This document shows positions 34,827 to 42,787 of a stretch of DNA of 64,000 nucleotides, piece by piece (position 1 is the stretch's first letter; each line of letters begins with the position of its first letter). Made by a program: the position numbers and the translations under genes. A model generated the notes under the pieces. It did no database searches, was not told the origin of the DNA, and saw nothing but the letters and a program-made list of their open reading frames with translations. Origin of the DNA: Candidatus Actinomarina sp. (GTDB lineage Bacteria > Actinomycetota > Acidimicrobiia > Actinomarinales > Actinomarinaceae); contig JAYQSV010000001.1 of assembly GCA_038147085.1 (NCBI GenBank), positions 874,578 through 938,577 of the forward strand. The letters run 5' to 3'.

Positions 34827-36191
34827 TTAATGCAATCCCTTTCCACTTAAACTCAACAAAGACTCCCCAATAGATTCACTCAGTGTTGGGTGTGCATGAA
34901 TAAACTCACTTGCTTCACTTGGTAACGCTTCCCAACCAACCATATACATTAACTCATGAATCATTTCACCTGCTGCTGGTCCACAGACACTAGCACCAAT
35001 GATTGAACCTGCTTCTTCTGCGTAAACTCTTACAACTCCTTGATTTTGATTTTGAATCAATGCTCTTCCGACACCAGCAAAACTATGCTGTGATTGTGTA
35101 ATAGCAATATTCTGTTCTTTTGCTTTTTCTGCATTGATTCCAACTTCTGCTAATTCAGGTCTTGTATACACAACAAAAGGAATAGCAGAATAATTAATTG
35201 GTTTTTTTTCTCCGGTAGCAATAAACGTAATTGCACTTATAGCCTCAGCAAATGCTACATGAGCTAATTGAGGAGTTCCTGCTACGATGTCACCAATTGC
35301 AAAAATATTGTCTTTAGTAGTTTGATATGTTTCTAAATTAACTTCAACATAACCTTTGATTACAGAAATACCTAATTCTTCAAGTCCAATATTTTCAGTT
35401 AATGGAGCTCTTCCTACTGCAACTAAAACAGTATCAAAATCTTGTTTTTCTTTATCTGAAAATTCTACAGTTTTACCATTTATTGAATTAATCGAAGTTC
35501 CAAGCTTAAACTGTATCCCCCTTTTTGATAGTTGTTTTCTTAATTCACTAGATGTTCTTTTATCTAAGCCTGGAAGAATTTCACTATCTAGTTCAACAAC
35601 AATAACTTCAGAACCAAGATCGTTCAACAGACTAGCAAACTCACAACCAATTGCTCCAGCACCAACAACACATACTTTTTTTGGAGGTTCTTCCCAGTTT
35701 AAAGCTGTGTCAGAAGTGATAATAAATTTTTCGTCTACTTCAATATTTGGAATACTCCTTGGCTTTGAACCTGTTGCTACAAGTATGAAATCTGAATTCA
35801 ACTCAACTTCCGAACCATCTGTTTTTTTTACTAATACAGTATTAGAATCTTTTACAGTACCCCAACCTTCAACAACTTCAATCTTTTTAGATTTAAGTAG
35901 CATTCCAATACCTCCAACTAATTTATTAACAGTATCAAAACGCTTCTTAGCAGTTTCTGCCCAATTTATTTTTTTATCTTTTATTTCAATTCCATATTCA
36001 TTTGAAGTGTCAATTTCGTGATTCAATTCAGCAACATGTAGCCAATACTTTGCAGGTATACAACCTCGATTAAGACAAGTTCCACCTAATGTGTCAGACT
36101 CAACTAAAGTTACATCTAAATCAAAGTTGCTTGAGTAAAGAGCTGCAGCATAACCCGCAGGACCTCCACCAATAATGGTTAATTTCTTCAA
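34827..36191 (-). CDS. lpd: Dihydrolipoyl dehydrogenase (E3)
   Basis: FAD motif IIGGGPAGY, redox-active GGTCLNRGCIPAK, and C-terminal HAHPTLSE. The TTG start is preceded by GAAAGAGGT. Confidence 0.92.
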   Translation of the reverse strand: MKKLTIIGGGPAGYAAALYSSNFDLDVTLVESDTLGGTCLNRGCIPAKYWLHVAELNHEIDTSNEYGIEIKDKKINWAETAKKRFDTVNKLVGGIGMLLKSKKIEVVEGWGTVKDSNTVLVKKTDGSEVELNSDFILVATGSKPRSIPNIEVDEKFIITSDTALNWEEPPKKVCVVGAGAIGCEFASLLNDLGSEVIVVELDSEILPGLDKRTSSELRKQLSKRGIQFKLGTSINSINGKTVEFSDKEKQDFDTVLVAVGRAPLTENIGLEELGISVIKGYVEVNLETYQTTKDNIFAIGDIVAGTPQLAHVAFAEAISAITFIATGEKKPINYSAIPFVVYTRPELAEVGINAEKAKEQNIAITQSQHSFAGVGRALIQNQNQGVVRVYAEEAGSIIGASVCGPAAGEMIHELMYMVGWEALPSEASEFIHAHPTLSESIGESLLSLSGKGLH

Positions 36192-36341
36192 ATTACCTCT
36201 TTCCAGATAGGATCTCTACCTAAGCGAGATAACAACTACTTTTTTTTTGGGGTATCCATCCAAAAAGATTATCGTTATTTTCAACTTCTAATTTACTAAA
36301 CTTTAGCAAAAGTTCAAAATCAAGTTTATTCCTATTTAAAT

Positions 36342-36347
36342 TACAAT
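36342..36347 (+). promoter_or_regulatory. -10-like hexamer TACAAT, 6 nt upstream of the micropeptide ORF ATG
   Basis: Reads TACAAT-gtaact-ATG. Confidence 0.35.
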
Positions 36348-36353
36348 GTAACT

Positions 36354-36440
36354 ATGCAAACTAGGCATCTCATAATGGCATCACTTATTACAGGATTACT
36401 AATATTAGTTTCTTTTGGTGTTTGGTTAGCTACTTCATAA
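36354..36440 (+). CDS. Candidate 28-aa hydrophobic micropeptide ORF (MQTRHLIMASLITGLLILVSFGVWLATS), one nt upstream of the MBL gene
   Basis: My own reading. TACAAT (36342..36347) ends 6 nt before the ATG at 36354. The TAA at 36438..36440 is followed by T and then the MBL ATG at 36442. The MBL gene has no SD of its own. Confidence 0.35.
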   Translation: MQTRHLIMASLITGLLILVSFGVWLATS

Positions 36441-36441
36441 T

Positions 36442-37404
36442 ATGAATAGATTCAATCTTGGTAATGGAATTCATCATATTCCTATGAGCTTACCTTGGTC
36501 TTCACCTGGATTTGTAAATATTTATTTAATCGAAGACAAAAATGGTTATGTGATGATTGATTGTGGTGTTGATGGTAAAGAGTATTATCAACTGCTTATC
36601 GAGCATTTATCTAATTTGAAAATAAGTATGCAAGATATAAGTTTATTGATTGGAACTCACATGCATTCTGATCATATTGGTTTATCAACTCGAATTAGAG
36701 AGCAAGGAGTTAAATTTGCTCTCTATAAAAACTCAAAAGACTATATAAATCATTACAACGATTGGAAAATAAGATTTAGAGAACTAATTGTTCTAGCTGA
36801 AAAACAAGGAGCTCCAAAGAGTTTCATACAAGATTTAAATGAAATTGATACTCCTATTTACGCAGGAAAAATAACTGAGCCTGATCTTCTTTTAGAAGAA
36901 GGTGCAATTCCTGAAGTAGATAGAAAACTATATACATTATTTACTCCCGGACATGACATCACTGAAATCTCAATTCATGATTCAAGCTCTAAAGTAATTT
37001 TTTCAGGAGATCACATTTTGCCTAAAATAACACCCTTCATTCCCACAACAAGTGAAGATGATGACATGCTTGGAAAGTACTCAGATTCACTTGATAAAGT
37101 ATTTAATATCAATCATTCAATCATTGCACCTGGACATGGAGGTTTAATAACTAGTCCATATGAAAGAATTGAACAAATGAAACTACATCATAAGAGAAGG
37201 ACTGAAAAAATATTGGAAATATTAAATACCTCAAAAAAAAGTGGCTGGGAGATACTCGAGGAACTGTTTCCAAGAAATCTTGATCCATTAAATTTGAGAT
37301 TGGCTTTTCAAGAAACTATGGCACACATTTTGTATCTCAAAAATAATAATAAAATTATTTTTAATCTAGTAAATTCAGTGCAAATTTGGGAAAAACTAAG
37401 TTAA
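36442..37404 (+). CDS. MBL-fold metallo-hydrolase
   Basis: HxHxDH motif (GTHMHSDHIG) and a later PGHD/PGHG histidine. 320 aa. Confidence 0.8.
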   Translation: MNRFNLGNGIHHIPMSLPWSSPGFVNIYLIEDKNGYVMIDCGVDGKEYYQLLIEHLSNLKISMQDISLLIGTHMHSDHIGLSTRIREQGVKFALYKNSKDYINHYNDWKIRFRELIVLAEKQGAPKSFIQDLNEIDTPIYAGKITEPDLLLEEGAIPEVDRKLYTLFTPGHDITEISIHDSSSKVIFSGDHILPKITPFIPTTSEDDDMLGKYSDSLDKVFNINHSIIAPGHGGLITSPYERIEQMKLHHKRRTEKILEILNTSKKSGWEILEELFPRNLDPLNLRLAFQETMAHILYLKNNNKIIFNLVNSVQIWEKLS

Positions 37405-37599
37405 AGAATAACCTCTGTTTAAAGCTTCTTCTAAAGTATCGGGTCCAAATGCTTGAATCAAATTTTTAGAAATATAATCTACATTATCTAATTTTTTTTG
37501 GAGTCCTGCAAATTGGTCGTTGTCATCACAGTCGTAAACTCTCATATTTGACCTAAGGCCAACAAATCTATTTTTTTCAAAGCGTTTTAATCTATTCAA
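37396..37599 (-). CDS. Small hypothetical protein (67 aa from TTG; possibly shorter)
   Basis: An ORF that begins 1 nt after the acyl-CoA dehydrogenase stop. I recognise no motif. The TTG start is uncertain. Confidence 0.3.
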   Translation of the reverse strand: MNRLKRFEKNRFVGLRSNMRVYDCDDNDQFAGLQKKLDNVDYISKNLIQAFGPDTLEEALNRGYSLT

Positions 37600-37600
37600 T

Positions 37601-38722
37601 TTATAAACTTAATAATTTTGCTATGTTATCTCTTGCTGTTTTTGGAGTACCAAATAATAGTGAATCAGATTTAGCTTTCTTAAAATACAGATGAGCAGGA
37701 TGCTCCCACGTAAAACCAATACCTCCATGAACCTGAATATTGTCACCGGCAATTTTATTAAACACTTCTGAACAGTACGATTTAGCCAGCATGGCGCTCA
37801 TTTCTACTTCAACTTTATCATTATCGTCAGCTCTTATTGCACTATATGCGACAGATTTAGCGCTTTCTAATTGAACTAACATATTTGCACATATGTGCTG
37901 AACTGCTTGAAATGAACCAATTGGCCTCCCAAATTGTAATCTTTCCTTTGCATAAGTTGTAGCCATGTCTAAACATGCCTGAGAAGCACCAACTTGTTCC
38001 ATAGCTAAATAGCCTATTGAAGTATTTATGACCGTTTTCCAAAGTTCTAAATCATCTTCAGAATTTGTAAGAAAATTTTCTTCTGAAAAAACAACATCTG
38101 AAAAACTGACATCACACATTGGTCTTGTTTGATCTAAAGATGGTGTTACATCAATTGATATACCTTGAATGTCAGACTCTAAGACAATAAATTTAAAACT
38201 TCCATTGAACTCAGCAAGTACAATCAAATAATCACTTGTGTCAGCAAACATTGTATATTTTTTTGAACCATTCAAAACAAAACTGTTATCTTTAGCTTCA
38301 GCTTTAGTTTTTAAATTTTCAGTATTTACTGTGTAGTTGTTATTTTCGTAAACTGCAAAAGTACCTATTTTTTCTCCAGTAATTATGCTTTGTAAAAACT
38401 TATCTTTAATTTCATTTCGAGAATTTAGAATTAAGTTTTTAAAAACTACTCCAGAAGAAAATATTGGAACTATCGGCATATAATATCCAACAACTTCAGA
38501 GAGGATTGCAGTATCGGTTCTAGAAAAACCTAAGCCGCCATCTTCTTCTGGGACATCTAGAGCTAACCAGCCTTGTTCAGAAATAAGTTTCCAAATTTTT
38601 TCATCTAATCTACAATTTTCATCAACTTTTTTGATTGTATTAAGAAGTTCAATATTTTCTTTTAATAATTTAGTTGCATTTTCTTTAATTTCTATTTGTG
38701 TTTCTGTGAGAGTGAACTGCAT
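37601..38722 (-). CDS. Acyl-CoA dehydrogenase family protein
   Basis: 373 aa with the ACAD three-domain pattern and a C-terminal ...QVHGGIGFTWEHPAHLYFKKA. Confidence 0.8.
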   Translation of the reverse strand: MQFTLTETQIEIKENATKLLKENIELLNTIKKVDENCRLDEKIWKLISEQGWLALDVPEEDGGLGFSRTDTAILSEVVGYYMPIVPIFSSGVVFKNLILNSRNEIKDKFLQSIITGEKIGTFAVYENNNYTVNTENLKTKAEAKDNSFVLNGSKKYTMFADTSDYLIVLAEFNGSFKFIVLESDIQGISIDVTPSLDQTRPMCDVSFSDVVFSEENFLTNSEDDLELWKTVINTSIGYLAMEQVGASQACLDMATTYAKERLQFGRPIGSFQAVQHICANMLVQLESAKSVAYSAIRADDNDKVEVEMSAMLAKSYCSEVFNKIAGDNIQVHGGIGFTWEHPAHLYFKKAKSDSLLFGTPKTARDNIAKLLSL

Positions 38723-38728
38723 TATTTA

Positions 38729-38734
38729 ATTTTA
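38729..38734 (-). promoter_or_regulatory. -10-like hexamer TAAAAT, 6 nt upstream of the acyl-CoA dehydrogenase ATG
   Basis: The minus strand reads TAAAAT-taaata-ATG. Confidence 0.3.
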
Positions 38735-38785
38735 ATTTTAATTTTTTATTTCGCTAATGATATTCAAGTTGTTTTAAAAAATAAT

Positions 38786-38791
38786 TATCAT
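38786..38791 (+). promoter_or_regulatory. -10-like hexamer TATCAT, 7 nt upstream of the sufC (copy 1) ATG
   Basis: Reads AAAATAATTATCAT-acataat-ATG. There is no SD. Confidence 0.4.
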
Positions 38792-38798
38792 ACATAAT

Positions 38799-39524
38799 AT
38801 GTTAGAAATTAAAAATTTACATGTTTCTGTTGATAATGTTGAAATCTTAAAAGGTGTGTCATTAAAAATTAACGCTGGAGAAGTACATGCAATTATGGGT
38901 CCTAATGGCTCAGGCAAATCAACTTTAGCAAATGTAATTATGGGAAACCCAGTTTATGAGGTTACTAACGGAAATATACTTTTCCAAGGTGAAGATATAA
39001 CTGATGAACCTGTAGATAATAGAGCAAAGAAAGGATTGTTCTTAGCTTTTCAATATCCTGAATCTATCCCTGGTGTAACAATTGTGAATATGCTTAAAAC
39101 AGCGTTAACAAACATTGAAAATACTGAATTTACAACACTTGAGCTTAGATTAAAAGTTGCTGATGCTATGGAACAGCTTGGTCTCTCTCCAGATTTTGCT
39201 GATAGATATTTAAACGAAGGCTTTTCTGGTGGTGAACGTAAAAGAAACGAGATTCTTCAACTAGCTGTCTTAAATCCTAAACTTGCTGTCTTAGATGAAA
39301 CAGATTCTGGTTTAGATGTTGATGGCTTAAGAGTCGTTGGCGAAGGAGTGAGTAAGCTCAAAAGTAAAGATAAAGGGTATTTAGTAGTAACTCATTACCA
39401 AAGGTTACTAGACTATATAACTCCTGACTTTGTTCATGTTTTTGTTGATGGAAAAATTGTTGATTCTGGTGGATTAGATCTATCAAAAAAACTTGAAGAA
39501 CAAGGTTATGAATCATATTTATGA
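38799..39524 (+). CDS. sufC: Fe-S cluster assembly ATPase SufC (copy 1, linked to sufS-sufE)
   Basis: Motifs GPNGSGKST, FSGGERKRNEILQ, LDETDSGLD and THYQRLLDYITPDFVHV. Confidence 0.88.
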   Translation: MLEIKNLHVSVDNVEILKGVSLKINAGEVHAIMGPNGSGKSTLANVIMGNPVYEVTNGNILFQGEDITDEPVDNRAKKGLFLAFQYPESIPGVTIVNMLKTALTNIENTEFTTLELRLKVADAMEQLGLSPDFADRYLNEGFSGGERKRNEILQLAVLNPKLAVLDETDSGLDVDGLRVVGEGVSKLKSKDKGYLVVTHYQRLLDYITPDFVHVFVDGKIVDSGGLDLSKKLEEQGYESYL

Positions 39525-40741
39525 TTAATTCTGTTGAGTTAAAAAACGATTTTCCTATTTTTAAAAGAGTTATAAATGGTAAATCACTCACTTATCTAGA
39601 CTCTGGAGCAACCTCACAAAAACCAATTCAAGTATTATCTAAAATGAACGAAATATATGAACAATTTAACGCAAATGTTCATAGAGGCACATATCAATTA
39701 TCTTCTGAAACAACAACTTTGTACGAGAATGTTAGGACTAAATTTAAAAATTTTTTAAATGCATATTCATCAGATGAAATTATTTTTACAAAAGGTTGTA
39801 CAGAAGGGTTTAACCTATTGGCACAAAGTTTAACTAAACAGCTTAATCAAGGTGACGAAATTCTGCTAACTGAAATTGAGCACCACGCAAATATAATCCC
39901 ATGGCAAATGGCTGCTAAAGAAAAAGGCTTAAAATTAAAATTTGTAAATATCGATAAGAATTTTGATTTAGACTTAGAACATTTTGAATCACAATTATCA
40001 GAAAAAACAAAAATAGTTTCTATTGTTGGTGAATCAAATATCTCTGGGATGTTAACTGATATTCTTTCAGTAACAAACATGGTGAGAGAGAAAACAAGCG
40101 CATATATTATTTTAGATGGTGCTCAATTAGTCCCTCACAGATCAGTAGATGTGCAGAAGCTTGGAATTGATTTTTTATGTGTTTCTGGTCATAAAATGCT
40201 TGGACCGACTGGTATAGGAATTGTTTGGGGTAAAAAGGAACTGCTTGAAAAAATGGAACCAGTTTTTGGTGGAGGTGACATGATAGAAGAGGTTAACTTT
40301 GATAGTGCAACTTGGGCACCTGTTCCACACAAATTTGAACCAGGAACTCCTCCATATGTTGAAGCTATTGGTTTAGGTGAAGCAGTAGATTATTTAACTA
40401 ATCTAGGAATGGAAAATGTTCAAAAACATTCTGATGAACTTAGAGGGTATGCTCTAGAAAAATTAAATTCAATAAATGAATTAAACATTATACATTCCAA
40501 AGCAGAAAAATCAGGTTGTACATTCTCAATGTATGTTGATGGTGTCCACGCTTCAGATATTTCATTGATGCTTGATACTTATGGTGTTGCTGTTAGATCA
40601 GGTCATCATTGTGTTCAGCCTTTCCATAAAAAGCTTGGTATTGACGCAACTTTTAGAGCAACTGGATACATATATAATACAAATGAAGATTTTGATGTTT
40701 TAGTCAGTGCAATTGAAGCAAGTTTAAAAATATTAAAATAA
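39521..40741 (+). CDS. sufS: Cysteine desulfurase SufS
   Basis: PLP-lysine region SGHKMLGPTG and the active-site loop RSGHHCVQP. Confidence 0.9.
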   Translation: MINSVELKNDFPIFKRVINGKSLTYLDSGATSQKPIQVLSKMNEIYEQFNANVHRGTYQLSSETTTLYENVRTKFKNFLNAYSSDEIIFTKGCTEGFNLLAQSLTKQLNQGDEILLTEIEHHANIIPWQMAAKEKGLKLKFVNIDKNFDLDLEHFESQLSEKTKIVSIVGESNISGMLTDILSVTNMVREKTSAYIILDGAQLVPHRSVDVQKLGIDFLCVSGHKMLGPTGIGIVWGKKELLEKMEPVFGGGDMIEEVNFDSATWAPVPHKFEPGTPPYVEAIGLGEAVDYLTNLGMENVQKHSDELRGYALEKLNSINELNIIHSKAEKSGCTFSMYVDGVHASDISLMLDTYGVAVRSGHHCVQPFHKKLGIDATFRATGYIYNTNEDFDVLVSAIEASLKILK

Positions 40742-40742
40742 T

Positions 40743-41156
40743 ATGAGTATTGAAGAAAAAGTCTTAAATTATAAAAAAATACTCTCTTTATTTCCAAATA
40801 CACAGGAAAAGTATCAATATTTAATTGAGCAGGCTAAGGAAAATACAAATTTTCCTAAAGAATTAAGAATTGATGAATTTAAAGTTAATGGATGTCAAAG
40901 TCAAGTTTGGTTGGTACCAGAAGAAAAAGATGAAAAATTATATTTTAAAAGCGACTCTGATGCTCTTATTGCAAAGGGGCTAGTAACTCTAATTTCAAGT
41001 ATTTATTCAGATGAATCAGCTGAAGAAATTTATAATTCAAAAATTGACTTAATGCAAGAATTTGAGCTTGGAGCGATTTTAAGTCCTGCCAGAAGAAATG
41101 GTGCATTCAGCATGTTAAAAAGCATAAAGAATTACGCTGAAAAGTTAAGAAACTGA
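40743..41156 (+). CDS. sufE: Sulfur acceptor SufE
   Basis: The VNGCQSQVWL motif with the persulfide-accepting Cys. 137 aa. Confidence 0.85.
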   Translation: MSIEEKVLNYKKILSLFPNTQEKYQYLIEQAKENTNFPKELRIDEFKVNGCQSQVWLVPEEKDEKLYFKSDSDALIAKGLVTLISSIYSDESAEEIYNSKIDLMQEFELGAILSPARRNGAFSMLKSIKNYAEKLRN

Positions 41157-41609
41157 ACCATCTTCCCACCAATTTTCATGTGGAAAAAATATCCAAACAT
41201 TATTTGAATCTTTTGCCATATCTTTGGCAAAATAGTGTGGCTTAAACTCGCTTTCATTATTCCACCATAGTGCAGAGAATCTAACATCACACTCATGATT
41301 GATATTATCTTTTATATAAGAAGATAATCTCACAAAAGTCTCTCCACTATCACAAATATCATCAACAATCAAAACTTTTGAATCCTGAGCTTTAGGTAAG
41401 TAATTTTCCCAGTGAGGAAAGTCTCTTGTTGATGCATGAACTGGTTTAAATGGAATACCTAATTTATGAGACATCATTACCCCAGGTATTAAACCACCTC
41501 GGCTTATACCCACAATAACATCTGGAGTGAAATTATCTTTCTCAATTCTATTGCAAATTTCTAGAGTATCTTCAACTTGCTCTTTCCATGTATAAATTAA
41601 CTTTTCCAT
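41145..41609 (-). CDS. gpt: Xanthine-guanine phosphoribosyltransferase-like PRT
   Basis: IYTWKEQVEDTLEICNRI..VGISRGGLIPG...VLIVDDICDSGET..., about 152 aa in length, resembles Gpt. Confidence 0.7.
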   Translation of the reverse strand: MEKLIYTWKEQVEDTLEICNRIEKDNFTPDVIVGISRGGLIPGVMMSHKLGIPFKPVHASTRDFPHWENYLPKAQDSKVLIVDDICDSGETFVRLSSYIKDNINHECDVRFSALWWNNESEFKPHYFAKDMAKDSNNVWIFFPHENWWEDGSVS

Positions 41610-41699
41610 TTGTTAAATTCTAACTTTTTTTAGTACTAATTCTCTTTGAAAAAATTATTAATTTATGCTTTGAAATACTTAGGTATTTAGACTCCGTTC

Positions 41700-41705
41700 T
41701 ATAAT
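41700..41705 (+). promoter_or_regulatory. Consensus -10 TATAAT upstream of the SBP gene
   Basis: Reads TATAAT-taatttt-ATGAAAAGGAGGTAAGGATG. The predicted TSS falls about 17 nt before the SBP ATG, on the A of a 4-codon mini-ORF. Confidence 0.4.
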
Positions 41706-41729
41706 TAATTTTATGAAAAGGAGGTAAGG

Positions 41730-42737
41730 ATGCGAAGAAGTTGGGCGGTAGGCCTAATTATTATCAGTATTCTTACTATGGCATGTGGTGGAGCCACATC
41801 CGTAGATGATTACAAAGCTGCATTTGTGTATGTAGGTCCAGCAGACGATGGTGGATGGTCACAAGCACATGATGTAGGTAGACAATTTCTTGTAGAACAA
41901 ACCGGAATAGAAACAGCTTATACAGAGCTTGTTCCGGAAGATGCTACAGAATTCAGAACAGTTGCCGAAGCATACATTGAACAAGGTTACAACATTATTG
42001 TTGGTACAACTTTTGGCTACCTTGATGCTATGGCTGAAATGGCTGAGGAATATCCTGATGTAATATTTTTACATTGTTCAGGATATCTAAAAAACGATTC
42101 AAACTTTGGTAATTATTTTGGGAAAATGTATCAACCAAGATATTTATCTGGTTTGGCAGCAGGTGCACTAACAGAATCTAATAAGATTGGGTATGTTGCA
42201 GCATTTCCAATTCCAGAAGTTATTAGAGGAATCAATGCTTTTGCCACTGGTGTTAAAGAAGTAAACCCGAATGCAACTGTCGAGGTTGTATGGACATTTA
42301 CTTGGTTTGGACCTGAAGCAGAAACTCAAGCTGCAAACGCACTTCTAGAAACTGGTGCAGATGTTTTAGCACAACATCAAGATTCACCATCAACAGGTAT
42401 AGCTGCTGAAGCTGCTGGAGCAAAATGGATATCTTATAACACAGCCTATGGCAAGGATGCTGCCCCTGGAGCCTTCGTAACAGCACCTGTCTGGAACTGG
42501 GGTCCATATTATGTTGAAGTTATTGAATCAATAGTAAATGGAGAATTCACACCAGAAGCATACTGGGGTGGAATGGAAACTGGGTTAGTTTCTTTATATG
42601 AACTAACTTCAGATGTTCCTTCAGAAACAGTAAGTTTGATCTCTCAAAGAACTGATGAGATTATATCTGGTTCTTTTGATCCTCCAATAGTTGAAGATTC
42701 CTTTATCGACAACGTAATTGGAACTGTTAATCCATAG
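41730..42737 (+). CDS. BMP-family ABC transporter substrate-binding lipoprotein (nucleoside-type)
   Basis: Lipoprotein signal ...SILTMAC|GG and BMP/PnrA-like sequence. Strong SD AAGGAGG. Followed by an ATPase and two permeases. Confidence 0.8.
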   Translation: MRRSWAVGLIIISILTMACGGATSVDDYKAAFVYVGPADDGGWSQAHDVGRQFLVEQTGIETAYTELVPEDATEFRTVAEAYIEQGYNIIVGTTFGYLDAMAEMAEEYPDVIFLHCSGYLKNDSNFGNYFGKMYQPRYLSGLAAGALTESNKIGYVAAFPIPEVIRGINAFATGVKEVNPNATVEVVWTFTWFGPEAETQAANALLETGADVLAQHQDSPSTGIAAEAAGAKWISYNTAYGKDAAPGAFVTAPVWNWGPYYVEVIESIVNGEFTPEAYWGGMETGLVSLYELTSDVPSETVSLISQRTDEIISGSFDPPIVEDSFIDNVIGTVNP

Positions 42738-42748
42738 TTTTATTTTTT

Positions 42749-42776
42749 CATACACTCCGGTGATCCGGAGTGTATG
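42749..42776. other. Perfect 12-bp inverted repeat (CATACACTCCGG-TGAT-CCGGAGTGTATG) between the SBP and ATPase cistrons
   Basis: Read directly. It is GC-rich relative to its surroundings. No U-tract follows it on either strand. Confidence 0.7.
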
Positions 42777-42787
42777 AAATATATTCA

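Noticed and set aside
35356-36021. A 221-aa ORF on the plus strand, strikingly long for such AT-rich DNA.
   Set aside because: It lies entirely antisense to the well-supported lpd gene. Its product is low-complexity Ser/Thr/Pro/Phe-rich with no motif. It is the typical stop-free antisense frame of a codon-biased gene, and there is no start context (-10 or SD).
36192-36341. Weak inverted repeats and a T9-GGGG tract in the 162-nt lpd/MBL spacer (ATCTC-N9-GAGAT; TTTTTGG-N9-CCAAAAA), as a possible sRNA or riboswitch.
   Set aside because: The stems are short and AT-rich, and I recognise no motif. The region is needed anyway for the lpd promoter and SD-containing leader. There is insufficient evidence without conservation data.
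38728-38745. The tandem (AATTTT)x3 tract in the ACAD/sufC divergent spacer.
   Set aside because: It is short, and the 6-nt period is not helically phased. It overlaps the putative TAAAAT -10 of the ACAD gene. Such tracts are expected by chance in AT-rich promoter DNA.
38778-38791. A Fur/iron-box reading of AAAATAATTATCAT (it contains the ATTATC hexamer) upstream of the suf genes.
   Set aside because: It does not fit the 7-1-7 TGATAAT-N-ATTATCA Fur consensus beyond one half-site. Its position and spacing fit a -10 element for leaderless starts seen at many unrelated genes. It is retained only as a low-priority alternative in the findings.
42749-42776. The 12-bp perfect hairpin as a Rho-independent terminator.
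   Set aside because: No U-tract follows it on either strand, and it sits inside an obvious operon (SBP, ATPase, permeases). I kept it only as an intercistronic RNA structure.
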